DNA of 40,704 nt from a virus: the UHGV virus genome UHGV-0244400. One strand, given 5' to 3'. Under the pieces are notes generated by a model. The model ran no database searches and had not been told where the DNA came from. It was given only the letters and a program-made list of their open reading frames with translations. Position numbers and translations under genes: made by a program. Shown here piece by piece: positions 10,168 to 19,674 of this stretch; within the stretch, counting starts at the first letter, position 1, and every line of letters begins with the position of its first letter.

Positions 10168-11498
10168 TGCACTGGCACCTTCAGAGGGATCACCGGCACA
10201 AAGCCGGGATGCGTAATGGCATTACGCCGAATAATGTCCGCGTCACGCGCCGCGTTATCAAACCAGGTCGCCGCCAGCACCAGCGCGGGTAAAACCTCAT
10301 CCGGTGTGCGATGAATGATCCGTGCAGACTGCTCAAGGCGCGTGTTGATATCCGCATTCAGATCTGCTTTCACCCGGCGCAGCGCCAGAAACAGCGCATC
10401 ACTGGTTGTACGGGACAACTCCTTATCAATTGCCGTATTCAGTGTGTCGCGAATGTCAGTCAGTTCTTCCCACGTCGGCAGGTCAACCGTGTTTTTCACC
10501 GCCGGTGCATTGTTCAGTGCCGGATGCGTGACGGAAGGCCAACCGGTGCTCTGCGCAGGTGTTGTTGCCTGCCCCACTGTGGCATTCTGCATCACCGCGG
10601 AAGTTGTTGGCGCAGGCAATCGGATGACGGCATACGCCGCTTCGCTGATTGCGGTCGTACGAAGGGTGCTGGCAACCACGTTACGCTGCTGCGTCGCCGT
10701 GGCGGTGGTTTTACTGTCCGTTTTCCAGACGCCGCGCGGTTGCAGATCGCTGCCGAGGCTGACACCGGAAAGCGTTTTGATCATGGTGACCAGGTCGCTG
10801 GCGTTACCATAAAGGCGTTTCCCGGTACGCCACATTTTCTGCACCTGCTCAACGAAATTTTTGCCTGACGATGGCGGCGGCAGAAGTACCGAGATATCAC
10901 CCTGCAACAGCCTGGCGGCATCCGATACGGCAGAATCCACCACTTTCATCGCATCAGAAACATACCCAAGCATTGTGCTGGCATTACCGATAACGTCGTT
11001 CTGCACAAAATCCGCCACGCCATCGATACTGAAACCGCTGAAGCTGTCACTGATGCAGTCATCCAGTGCAGAACAGGATGACATCAGCGTCTGCGCCGTC
11101 GCCACGCCTGATGTGGGGTAAGAGAGATCTCCCGCTTCGACAAACTTCAGGTCAAAGCGGACAATACGCCCTTCACTCTTCGATGTGCTGACCCGAACTT
11201 CCCCGTCAACACAGACTTTCAACTCACCGTATGTCGGGTGGACAAGCGTGCCGGGACCGGGTTTATTCAGCGCGTCAATCAGGCGATCGCGCTGGTCAAA
11301 GCAGTCATCTCCCACCACATAAGCCGTGATGGACGGGCGGAAAGTGACTTTTCCCAGATCTTCGGTATAGGGTTTGTCGCGGTTCGGATATTCGTGTGTT
11401 TCCACACGACGGCCGGTTCCCGCACTTTCTTCTTCAACCTTAAACGGCACACCTCGAAATGACGCATCCTGAAGCCTGTCTTTCCACGTCATATACAC
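10164..11498 (-). CDS. DNA circularisation protein (Mu N / gp43-like) tail component
   Basis: 444 aa; position between tape measure and baseplate hub as in Mu. Confidence 0.75.
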   Translation of the reverse strand: MYMTWKDRLQDASFRGVPFKVEEESAGTGRRVETHEYPNRDKPYTEDLGKVTFRPSITAYVVGDDCFDQRDRLIDALNKPGPGTLVHPTYGELKVCVDGEVRVSTSKSEGRIVRFDLKFVEAGDLSYPTSGVATAQTLMSSCSALDDCISDSFSGFSIDGVADFVQNDVIGNASTMLGYVSDAMKVVDSAVSDAARLLQGDISVLLPPPSSGKNFVEQVQKMWRTGKRLYGNASDLVTMIKTLSGVSLGSDLQPRGVWKTDSKTTATATQQRNVVASTLRTTAISEAAYAVIRLPAPTTSAVMQNATVGQATTPAQSTGWPSVTHPALNNAPAVKNTVDLPTWEELTDIRDTLNTAIDKELSRTTSDALFLALRRVKADLNADINTRLEQSARIIHRTPDEVLPALVLAATWFDNAARDADIIRRNAITHPGFVPVIPLKVPVQ

Positions 11499-11499
11499 T

Positions 11500-11533
11500 C
11501 CGAAAATAAAAAAGCCACCTATTAGAAGGTGGC
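11500..11533 (-). terminator. Rho-independent terminator downstream of the moron gene (hairpin gccacc..ggtggc followed by T-run on minus strand)
   Basis: Inverted repeat plus TTTTTTATTTT on the transcribed (minus) strand immediately 3' of ORF 11554..12084. Confidence 0.5.
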
Positions 11534-11553
11534 CTTGTAATGAATTTTATTAA

Positions 11554-12084
11554 TTAGCGAGTCAGAAACAACGAATCTTTATACTTTTGCTGTTGTTCAT
11601 TTAAATACTTAGCTGTTTCATCGCTGGCAAATGGAAATATTACCGTATTTTTAGGCATGGTAATTTCTTTTTTGTCCAGCGTCAGAGTAAACATAGGAAC
11701 ATACTGAGCAGAGTAACGCACCGCAGAAACGAGCTCTAGTTTAGACTCTTCAATAACACTTAAATTATCCAGGCTAACTTTCTCTTCATCTTTTTTCTTT
11801 GACGCATTTAAAGTTTTTATTACTTTATTTAATTTCTCCTGAAAATCCTCCTTAAAGTTTTCAGGATTGCCGTCGACAACAAGAATCTGTTCACCCTGAT
11901 TATCTGGAAAAATAATCTTTGCACTTATCAATTTATTTTCTTTATAAACATCACCAAGTTTTATGGCTCCTCCAGATAACTGAATAATATGTTCATCTTT
12001 AAAGGAGATGTTGCCAGAGATTATGAGAGATGAAAAAACAGCCGCTGCTCCAAGAATTATACTTGCTGTGATATAGCCTTTCAT
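11554..12084 (-). CDS. Moron: secreted or membrane-anchored protein of unknown function inserted in the tail operon
   Basis: 176 aa; N-terminal hydrophobic signal/anchor (ITASIILGAAAVFSSLIIS), Lys/Glu-rich body; markedly AT-rich versus flanking tail genes; own terminator; interrupts the otherwise Mu-like gene order. Confidence 0.6.
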   Translation of the reverse strand: MKGYITASIILGAAAVFSSLIISGNISFKDEHIIQLSGGAIKLGDVYKENKLISAKIIFPDNQGEQILVVDGNPENFKEDFQEKLNKVIKTLNASKKKDEEKVSLDNLSVIEESKLELVSAVRYSAQYVPMFTLTLDKKEITMPKNTVIFPFASDETAKYLNEQQQKYKDSLFLTR

Positions 12085-12175
12085 TTTTCGCCTATTAACA
12101 TTTTTCTAAATGTGCATTAATTCTATCACTCTATTTATGACTTACAACCAGCAATACCTGTGAGGGGAATCCTGG

Positions 12176-14008
12176 CTACCAAAATCGGGTATAGCCAACA
12201 TCGTGATTTATATCAATGCCACTGGAGCGTGTTTCCGTAACCCGCATACCTGGTGGCATATTTATAAATGATACCTTGATCTCACCATCAACTTTTGGCG
12301 CAGAAGCTTTGTTAATCATGAAGGGATTCGGGCCTGTGGCATCGGAGGCGTTGTTTGACTGAGCCAGATCTACCGCCGGATAAGGTGTGTATCCCCGCGC
12401 CGGTATTCCCGTCCCATAAGCATCATAAGCACCCGCGCCCCACTGCGCAGAGTTAATGGCATCGACCGTGTCACCGGAACTGTCGGTAAACCACTCAATA
12501 ATTGGCTTCAGCTTATCCCACATATCCTGAAACCACTTAACAACCGGTCCCCAGTTATTGATCACCATCCCCAGCGGCGACCAGGCAAAAACCTTCTTCA
12601 GAAGTTCCCAGCCAGCCTCAAAATAAGGACCAATGGTTTCCCAGAGCTTCTTAAAATAAGGTCCGACAACATCCCAGTTAGTGATAATTAATCCCGCAGC
12701 CAGAGCAATCGCCGTCGCAATCATGCCAATCGGCGTCATCGACATAATCCTGCTGACAATACTGATGGCACTGCCCACGCCCATCAATCCCAGTTTCAGA
12801 ATCGCAAGACCGGCAGCAAGCCCGACGACGCCGCGAATAACCCGGGGATTTTCATCCGCAAACTTCGTGAATTTCTCCCCCAACTCCCCCAGCCACTGCG
12901 TGATATTTTTGGCGTCACCAGAAAATGCGCCGCCAATAGCTGCAAGACCGTTAGTTGCGGTCCCCGTCATTGCCTCCCACAGGTTGGACAGCGTACCAAG
13001 CTGAGCCTGAACACGTTTATTCAGGCTGGCCTGTTTATTCATCTTCTGCTGGATCTGATCGTAGCCATCCTTTCCTTTATCGATTAGTGCATTGACCACC
13101 TGAAGGGTTTCGGCATCATCACCAAATATTGCCTTAAGTACGCCTGTTCGCTTAACGTCGGTCAGTTTTCGCAGCTTTGCCAGTTGCCTGAACATGTTAT
13201 CAAGACCGCCAAAACTCCCTTTGCCGTCAGTAAAATCGAGCTGTACCCCGAGTTTCTGGCGGGCCATGATTTTATTGACGTCCCTGATTTTCTTAACGCT
13301 TAATCCGGACTGGATAACTTTTCGCAGGGCGTTACCTGCCGACTCCCCGTTCATCCCCATCTGATCCATCATGACGCTGATGGGGGCAAGGCTCTGTGCA
13401 GCCTGAAGACCGTCCTTGTTCACCATCTTCAGAACAGAGCTGGTTTTAGTGAAGAAGGACAACATGTTGGTATCGTCAACGCCCAGATAAAACGCCTTCT
13501 GGATAGTGTCGAACAGCCCCATCATGTCTTCTGACGCCGTTCCGGTAGCATCCTGCATCTTTGCGGCAAACTCGGCAGCCGCTTCCGGTGTTTTTTTCAG
13601 TTGTACCGCAAGATAAGCTGTCGCTTTACCCACACCGCCAAGAATGTTTTCTGCCGGGATCCCCTGACGCACCAGCATCTGCATCATGTTCTGGAAATCA
13701 GCCGTTGTACCGGGTAGCTGATTACCCAGGCCAATAGCCAGTTTATTGATGTCCTGAAAGCTCTTTCCAACCTCGCCGTTCGCATCCATCATGGCGACTT
13801 TCAGCCCGGTGGCGGCGTTTTCCTGATCGGCATAAGATTTCAGGGAAAGCGTCAGACCCGCTGCCAGTCCGCCACCAAGCGCCAGCCCACCCTGTGACGC
13901 TTCTTCCGCCTGGCGTTTAAATCCCCGGATTTTCTTTTGCATTTTCGACAGCGCGGGAGAAAGCCTGTCGACACCGGTGATCAACGCCTTAAGCTCAAAT
14001 TCCGCCAT
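12176..14008 (-). CDS. Tail tape measure protein
   Basis: 610 aa; Ala/Gly-rich with hydrophobic central segment; position after chaperone genes. Confidence 0.85.
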   Translation of the reverse strand: MAEFELKALITGVDRLSPALSKMQKKIRGFKRQAEEASQGGLALGGGLAAGLTLSLKSYADQENAATGLKVAMMDANGEVGKSFQDINKLAIGLGNQLPGTTADFQNMMQMLVRQGIPAENILGGVGKATAYLAVQLKKTPEAAAEFAAKMQDATGTASEDMMGLFDTIQKAFYLGVDDTNMLSFFTKTSSVLKMVNKDGLQAAQSLAPISVMMDQMGMNGESAGNALRKVIQSGLSVKKIRDVNKIMARQKLGVQLDFTDGKGSFGGLDNMFRQLAKLRKLTDVKRTGVLKAIFGDDAETLQVVNALIDKGKDGYDQIQQKMNKQASLNKRVQAQLGTLSNLWEAMTGTATNGLAAIGGAFSGDAKNITQWLGELGEKFTKFADENPRVIRGVVGLAAGLAILKLGLMGVGSAISIVSRIMSMTPIGMIATAIALAAGLIITNWDVVGPYFKKLWETIGPYFEAGWELLKKVFAWSPLGMVINNWGPVVKWFQDMWDKLKPIIEWFTDSSGDTVDAINSAQWGAGAYDAYGTGIPARGYTPYPAVDLAQSNNASDATGPNPFMINKASAPKVDGEIKVSFINMPPGMRVTETRSSGIDINHDVGYTRFW

Positions 14009-14419
14009 GTGTGCGTTTCTCCTGCTCTATCCTGTTTGCCTGACTGACCAGCAAGGGAATTTCACTGATCGGCATATTCAGCAATTCGAAGGGATTAATG
14101 CGCCAGTAGCTGGCGCAGTCAAAGAAGCGATCAGTGAGGTATTCAGCCGTCAGGCCTGGAGGAAAAAACCAGCCACAAGCCACGCCGCTGCATTCAGGTC
14201 TGCCGGAGACATCTGGTCGACAGAGCTTTGCGGCACTTTCGCCAGCCGCACAATGTATTTCGATACCACATGTGCCAGAAGTCTGACGGACTCATCCTGA
14301 TTCATCTGGTAGGGATACCCCAGCTCGCGGACATCTTTCCCGGTGGGCTCATCAAACTCCAGTACGGAGAGTGTCTCGCCATGAGCGGTAATCGGTTTCT
14401 TTAACTCAAGCTCTTTCAT
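13995..14419 (-). CDS. Tail assembly chaperone, putative -1 frameshift-extended form (fusion of 14150..14419 frame with 13995..14183 frame)
   Basis: Slippery heptamer T TTT TTC at about 14162..14168 in the zero frame 4 codons before the stop; the -1 frame stays open for 54 further codons to the tape-measure start. Confidence 0.4.
14150..14419 (-). CDS. Tail assembly chaperone (short form)
   Basis: 89 aa ORF between tube and tape measure; ends just past a UUUUUUC slippery heptamer. Confidence 0.6.
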   Translation of the reverse strand: MKELELKKPITAHGETLSVLEFDEPTGKDVRELGYPYQMNQDESVRLLAHVVSKYIVRLAKVPQSSVDQMSPADLNAAAWLVAGFFLQA

Positions 14420-14775
14420 TACTGGTAATCCCCTTCTTCACCGTGGAACTCAAGATCAACCGTGCCTTCTTCGGCATTATGGTTCGCTTCTCCGTGCAGC
14501 CAGGCGGACGACAATACATAGACCTGACCGTTCGCCAGCTCGGCAGTGATAGTCATCTCATCAGACGAGGTGATTTTGCTCACCGGAAAATTCTTCGGCA
14601 CCTTGAAGGTCCCTTTGACATAAGGCGCACGGTGAGTTTCCTTGCGGTCCACTGAACCGTCCAGGCCGATGATGTCATCATTGACCGTCCTGTTCATGGG
14701 CACCTCAATGCCGCCGGTCAGCGATAGCTGCTGACCGTCAATTTTGAAATAACAGGTTCCCCCGATACGGGCCAT
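14419..14775 (-). CDS. Tail tube protein (contractile tail)
   Basis: 118 aa; directly downstream of sheath gene with overlapping stop/start. Confidence 0.8.
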   Translation of the reverse strand: MARIGGTCYFKIDGQQLSLTGGIEVPMNRTVNDDIIGLDGSVDRKETHRAPYVKGTFKVPKNFPVSKITSSDEMTITAELANGQVYVLSSAWLHGEANHNAEEGTVDLEFHGEEGDYQ

Positions 14776-16271
14776 TATGCAAACTCCTCTGAATACTGAA
14801 GACGGAACTGGTTAACCACGGCAAAGACACGCAACTGGTTAACATAGTCAGGCGGGAACAGCGTGTTCAGGCGGTTCGGATCGCTGGCATCACGCTCCAC
14901 AACCAGGTACTGCTTAAACAGTTCGTAGTTTTCCACGATCCCCGCACGCTCAAGCTGACGGTAGGTTGCCAGCAGTTCCCCTTTGATCACCGCCGGGGTG
15001 ACAATCGCCTGACCGGGACCAAAGCGGGTACCGTCACTGGCAAGCTTGTGACGCCCGTACTTACTGGTAATGACGGATTTCAGTTTGCGCAGTACATACG
15101 CGCTGGTATGCAGCGTCTCACTGTCGAGGTAACTGTTATCCGCAACCCCGTAAGCGTTTTTCCTGTACGTGGTGACATCACGCTGAATGCGCAGTACCCC
15201 GCTTTCGACATACGCCGTTGCCACGCCATGAGACAGCAGGGTCTGTTGTTCGGTCATCGTGAACCGTTTCCCCTTCGGCGCAGGCAGCATACCCACCAGC
15301 TCACCGGTCTGCGTGGGACGTGCCGGATCGTTGCGGATAAACACCGCTGCGCGGGCGGTACGGCTTGCCGCCAGCTCGTCGGCAGGCGTCTGGGTCTCTT
15401 TTTCGTACCCCGCCAGGGTGATGTGCTGCTGGTTAAACTGGTCACCTGCGTTCACCAGTTCTGACAGTGTGCCGGTCTTTGCCGTATACACATGACCATA
15501 CAGCTGACGCGCATAGCTCCAGCGACCGCTGGTATCGTTCATCTCGGTCACCAGCGTGTTAACGGAGGCCGTGTCGTTGAACGGCAGACCGATATAATCA
15601 AACGGCTCATCCGCCATTGCAGCCACCGCGCCGGTGAGAACTGGAGCGCCCGTTCCGGCGGTACCCGTCGCCACGGCAATCTGTACGCCCGCTGGCAGCA
15701 CTTCGCCCCCACCAAACCCGTAGTAATTGAGGCTGACAGGAATTTCATTCCCGCAAAGCCCCTTATGACGCGCGGTCAATGTGACCACGCCTGCCGAAGA
15801 TGAGGCCGTAAACGGCAGGGCCGGAACGGCATTGATGGCATCCTGGATACTGCTGGCAATCGTCGTGACGTTATCGCCGTTAGTCACCGGTGCCTGCACG
15901 CGGGTACGTCCCACATAAACATTCACCGTGCCGGTTTCGGTTGCCGCCCCGGTCACCGTCAGCGTAACTGTTGCCGCCGCGCCCGTGGATTCAGGAACGG
16001 CAATCACATACAGTTCGCCAAACGGGTCAGTCTGGCGATAAGCCTCGACCATACGCGCCAGCTGACTTCCCGCACCACAAATCTGGCGTGCATAGTCTGC
16101 CGACGGCATCAGCACCAGACTGTTGGCAACAATCTCTGCACCGTTATTGGCATGACCAATCAGCAGCGATGCTCCGCTGTCCTGTGCAGTATTCGCCGCC
16201 TGGTTATCCATTTCCGCATAAAACAGCGGAACCAGCGTATTCGACGGAATGGTGTTAAAGCTTATCGTCAT
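14775..16271 (-). CDS. Tail sheath protein (contractile tail)
   Basis: 498 aa; size and sequence character of myovirus sheath; followed by tube. Confidence 0.9.
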   Translation of the reverse strand: MTISFNTIPSNTLVPLFYAEMDNQAANTAQDSGASLLIGHANNGAEIVANSLVLMPSADYARQICGAGSQLARMVEAYRQTDPFGELYVIAVPESTGAAATVTLTVTGAATETGTVNVYVGRTRVQAPVTNGDNVTTIASSIQDAINAVPALPFTASSSAGVVTLTARHKGLCGNEIPVSLNYYGFGGGEVLPAGVQIAVATGTAGTGAPVLTGAVAAMADEPFDYIGLPFNDTASVNTLVTEMNDTSGRWSYARQLYGHVYTAKTGTLSELVNAGDQFNQQHITLAGYEKETQTPADELAASRTARAAVFIRNDPARPTQTGELVGMLPAPKGKRFTMTEQQTLLSHGVATAYVESGVLRIQRDVTTYRKNAYGVADNSYLDSETLHTSAYVLRKLKSVITSKYGRHKLASDGTRFGPGQAIVTPAVIKGELLATYRQLERAGIVENYELFKQYLVVERDASDPNRLNTLFPPDYVNQLRVFAVVNQFRLQYSEEFA

Positions 16272-16425
16272 CGGTGTTCACCTTTTTATTCACGCGCCGG
16301 ATATCACCCGCTGCTTCACGGCGCAGCCAGTAGTTGTTCTCGTCAACATTTCGCCCTTCGGCGGGCAAAAGGTCGCCGCGGGCAGGATCAGGAACTGACC
16401 GCCCTTTAACAGGTTTGACAAACAT
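16255..16425 (-). CDS. Small hypothetical protein (56 aa) between tail-terminator-like gene and sheath
   Basis: ATG preceded by GAGGA 8 nt after upstream stop; overlaps sheath start by 17 nt; below the ORF-track length cut-off. Confidence 0.3.
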   Translation of the reverse strand: MFVKPVKGRSVPDPARGDLLPAEGRNVDENNYWLRREAAGDIRRVNKKVNTDDDKL

Positions 16426-16433
16426 GAGGATCC

Positions 16434-16994
16434 TCAGGAAGGAAGGGTTATTTCGGTGTGATGTTCGATATCGCCGTCAGGCCCGTTACCGGGCTCGAGA
16501 TAATCAACATCAATCGCCAGCGTTTGCAGTTCATCCAGACTGTTCAGATCATCCTGCTGGCGGGTATCGTCTTCAGTCAGCTCGCTGATGACCGAAAAAT
16601 CGAACTGATAAATCAGCTCATGACGATTCAGATCCAGCAGCGTGCCGCCGTCATAGGTAATCGGGTTACCGCACGCCTCCGGGTTCCAGCCCAGCAGAGC
16701 CTTAAAGAGCATCTGCCGGACATCGTCCACCACATCATACGAGGCAAACTGACCGCGCTCATCACGCCCGTTACTCAGTATGACAACCACGGAGAAACCC
16801 TCTTTCAGCTCCTGCCAGTAGTCGGTCTGGCTTTTATTTTCTCCCGGAGAATCATCACCCGGCACCACATACGCCGCCGGGAGTCTCAGCTTTCCGACCT
16901 CCGGCAGATTTTTGAACTGTGCCGCGCCTGCCACCCGGTTTTCAAAATACGGGCAGCGGGCACGCAGCGCAGCAATAACAGGCGTCAGTTTCAT
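16434..16994 (-). CDS. Tail completion / sheath terminator-like protein (Mu gp37-like)
   Basis: 186 aa; acidic; position between head-tail joining genes and sheath. Confidence 0.55.
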   Translation of the reverse strand: MKLTPVIAALRARCPYFENRVAGAAQFKNLPEVGKLRLPAAYVVPGDDSPGENKSQTDYWQELKEGFSVVVILSNGRDERGQFASYDVVDDVRQMLFKALLGWNPEACGNPITYDGGTLLDLNRHELIYQFDFSVISELTEDDTRQQDDLNSLDELQTLAIDVDYLEPGNGPDGDIEHHTEITLPS

Positions 16995-17497
16995 CTGTGT
17001 CGTCGCTCCGGCTTCAGTGATTTACGTAATTCCCGCGCCAGAAAATAGCGTGTCCAGCTGCGGTTCTTTTGAAGCGTTTCCACCATAAAGTTATTACGTG
17101 GAGCCAGTCGCCAGCCGCTGCCACCGGATGCACCACGATGATGGCTGCGACGACGCTTTGCCCCTCGCCTCACGCCATAGAACAAAAAAGCCGGATAAAA
17201 ATCACCGGTGATGCGGCGGTTTCCCTCACCATTACGCTGGTTAGGGGCTATACGTGCCATAAAACCGGGGCGATGTTTACTGGCTCTGGGTACCATATAA
17301 CCAATCGAACGTGCCAGGCGTCCGGTCTGATAACCGGGGTTTTCACCCGGTGCCGACCGCGCACGGCGCATCACCAGCCGACGGGCATCACGCATATGAC
17401 GCTGACCAATCGTGACAAACGCCCGCCGGACACGGGCGCGGTTAAAGCGCATCTCCGCGGGCTGCTGAAAATCAACGTGCAAAAAGGAAGTCGTCAT
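16991..17497 (-). CDS. Virion morphogenesis / tail-component protein (HK97 gp10-like), highly basic
   Basis: 168 aa; Arg-rich; position in head-tail joining cluster. Confidence 0.55.
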   Translation of the reverse strand: MTTSFLHVDFQQPAEMRFNRARVRRAFVTIGQRHMRDARRLVMRRARSAPGENPGYQTGRLARSIGYMVPRASKHRPGFMARIAPNQRNGEGNRRITGDFYPAFLFYGVRRGAKRRRSHHRGASGGSGWRLAPRNNFMVETLQKNRSWTRYFLARELRKSLKPERRHR

Positions 17498-17882
17498 TGT
17501 TGCCTCCGTGACTCTGCCTACATTCGCCCAGCTCCGTACACTCCAGCAGCAGAAAGCGCCGCGCCCCGTTCAGATCGCGCTGACGTTTCACCCGATACAC
17601 ACTGTCACCGCAGACCACCTCATAATCAGCGGTGATCCCCCGGCGGTAGCGAATGGTGATGTAATGGGTGATGGCGTCTCCGATCTGCGCGGTTTCCTGC
17701 CAGGTGGTGGCACTGGTCTGGATAACCTTCGCCCATGCCCGGAACGCAACCGGGTATTGAGGCTCCACGCCAAAGTTATCCGCGGGCATATCCACCCGCT
17801 GGCGGATCAGGACGCGTTTGTTCAGTTCACCGGGGTCCGGCAGAATGTAGGTTGCGCTGGTCTGCGCCTGACGAATTTTCAT
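17472..17882 (-). CDS. Head-tail adaptor / head closure protein
   Basis: 136 aa; position downstream of connector gene. Confidence 0.6.
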   Translation of the reverse strand: MKIRQAQTSATYILPDPGELNKRVLIRQRVDMPADNFGVEPQYPVAFRAWAKVIQTSATTWQETAQIGDAITHYITIRYRRGITADYEVVCGDSVYRVKRQRDLNGARRFLLLECTELGECRQSHGGNNDDFLFAR

Positions 17883-18202
17883 TGCGGAAAGTACCTGTAC
17901 GGGCCGACAAGCCAGCCAAAACTCTGCGGCATGTCGAGTTTCTCCACTTCCGTAACCGACGAGCGGTTTTCGTAAAAATGGCTGATAAGCATCAGCATCC
18001 CCAGACGAATATCATCCGGCAGGTGCAGCCCGTCCGGATCGCTGTCCGGAATGGATTCATCCGGTGCATAGAGCTTCCGGTTCAGATACGTTTCCGTCCG
18101 CTTTTGCGCCGCACAGGCCAGCAGTTGCAGATGGCGGTCATCAGCATCGAAATCCTCATCCAGCCGGAGTTGGGCTTTAATCTCTTCCATTGTCAGAAGC
18201 AT
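17879..18202 (-). CDS. Head-tail connector (gp6-like DNA packaging) protein
   Basis: 107 aa; position after capsid gene cluster. Confidence 0.6.
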   Translation of the reverse strand: MLLTMEEIKAQLRLDEDFDADDRHLQLLACAAQKRTETYLNRKLYAPDESIPDSDPDGLHLPDDIRLGMLMLISHFYENRSSVTEVEKLDMPQSFGWLVGPYRYFPQ

Positions 18203-18204
18203 AC

Positions 18205-18405
18205 TCAGCTCTCTTTACTGGTCGTGGCTTTTTTCTCTTTTGCCGCTTTACTGCTTTTTGCACTGGTTCCGCGCTCAGCTAACCCGGCCTGAAGTGCAAT
18301 CTCCTGCACCCGGGCAGGAAGCGCCCCGTCGTCATACTCACCGGCCCGAATGACCTCAACACGCATACCGTCCGGTGACCATTTCAGATCTTGTTTCAGG
18401 ATCAT
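18205..18405 (-). CDS. Small hypothetical head-module protein
   Basis: 66 aa ORF between major capsid and connector genes, tightly packed. Confidence 0.45.
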   Translation of the reverse strand: MILKQDLKWSPDGMRVEVIRAGEYDDGALPARVQEIALQAGLAERGTSAKSSKAAKEKKATTSKES

Positions 18406-18426
18406 GATTCTTCACCCGTCAGAACA

Positions 18427-18447
18427 GGGGGCGCGGTTCCGCGCCCC
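18427..18447 (-). other. GC-rich stem-loop (ggggcgcgg..ccgcgcccc) immediately 3' of the major capsid gene
   Basis: Perfect 9-bp inverted repeat with 3-nt loop in the 49-bp gap after the capsid stop; no T-run, so likely mRNA-stabilising/attenuating hairpin rather than a full terminator. Confidence 0.4.
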
Positions 18448-18454
18448 TGAATGA

Positions 18455-19660
18455 TTACGCCGCTGCAATCTTCAGCAGTTTGATGGCCTGCGAATCGACC
18501 AGCATCCCGCCGGTGCGCTTGGTGGTATAAAAACCGACAAACGGTTTATTGGTGTACGGATCACGCAGAATGCGGGTGCCGATACGGTCAACGATGGTGT
18601 AACCCCGTTTGAAGTTACCAAATGCAATGGCTTTCGCATCAGCGGCGATATCCGGCATCTGTTCGTTTTCAGCGATACCGTAACCCGCCAGAGAGGACGG
18701 CTGCCCCAGTTCCAGCCCCGGACGCCACAGATAGTTACCCTCGGTGTCTTTCAGCAGACGGATGGCAAACAGGCTGTTGTTGTTCATCATGAACTTCGCG
18801 CCAGTGCGGTGTGCCTTTCGCAGCGTGTAAATCAGTTTGATAATGGCGTCTGCGGTCACCGCGGTCGCTTCGCCGGATACAATATGCTGAAGTTTGCCGA
18901 ACGCCCGGACCTTATCGGTTTCATCAGTGGATTCATACGCCAGGAACCCTTTCGGCTTCTTGGTACCATCGCCGGTGGTAAAGGCAATTTCTTCCTGTTC
19001 GGCAAATTCGGTTGCCAGCTCGCTGTTGATCCAGGCCTCCACGTTGAAGAAGGCATCATCCAGCATTTTCTGGGTGGCCTGCGGGTTGCCGTAGATTTCC
19101 CCCATGAGAGGTTCAATCAGCTCCAGTCTGGAGGTGGCAGTCTGGGATCGCGTATCCGTTTCCCCCACCCATCCGGAAGCCGTGCCGCCCAGATTCACCA
19201 GTTTTTTGTAGTCGGAACCGCCAACGGTGATCACCGTGGCTTCCTGGCGCATCACCACTTCATCTTTCAGCAGGGTGAGAATGTTGCGATCCAGCGCTTC
19301 CGGCACGGCATAGCCACCATCTTCATCGGTGCCCACCTGCAATGCCTTACGCTCCAGATCGCGCAGACCATCTTCACGGCCTTTACGCAAAAAGCCCACA
19401 AACGCTTCTTTATGCTCGGTGGCCAGTTTATTTTGCGCGCCACCTGCCGGACGTTTCAGCTCAAGCAGCTCTTTTTCAAGATCGCTTTTGAGATTTTCCA
19501 GCTCGCTGAGTTTCCCGTTCAGGGTTTCCACCTGCCCGGCAAGCTTGCCTTTTTCCTGCTCAATCGCATCCACGCGCTTGTCGTTCTTTGCTTTGAAGTC
19601 GTCAAACTTCTGCTGCAGCTCCTGCGCGACCTGTTCGACATCTTTAATATCTACCGCCAT
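18455..19660 (-). CDS. Major capsid protein (HK97 fold family)
   Basis: 401 aa; N-terminal coiled-coil/scaffold-like delta region followed by capsid domain; follows prohead protease. Confidence 0.9.
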   Translation of the reverse strand: MAVDIKDVEQVAQELQQKFDDFKAKNDKRVDAIEQEKGKLAGQVETLNGKLSELENLKSDLEKELLELKRPAGGAQNKLATEHKEAFVGFLRKGREDGLRDLERKALQVGTDEDGGYAVPEALDRNILTLLKDEVVMRQEATVITVGGSDYKKLVNLGGTASGWVGETDTRSQTATSRLELIEPLMGEIYGNPQATQKMLDDAFFNVEAWINSELATEFAEQEEIAFTTGDGTKKPKGFLAYESTDETDKVRAFGKLQHIVSGEATAVTADAIIKLIYTLRKAHRTGAKFMMNNNSLFAIRLLKDTEGNYLWRPGLELGQPSSLAGYGIAENEQMPDIAADAKAIAFGNFKRGYTIVDRIGTRILRDPYTNKPFVGFYTTKRTGGMLVDSQAIKLLKIAAA

Positions 19661-19674
19661 CGTATTTCTCCTGA

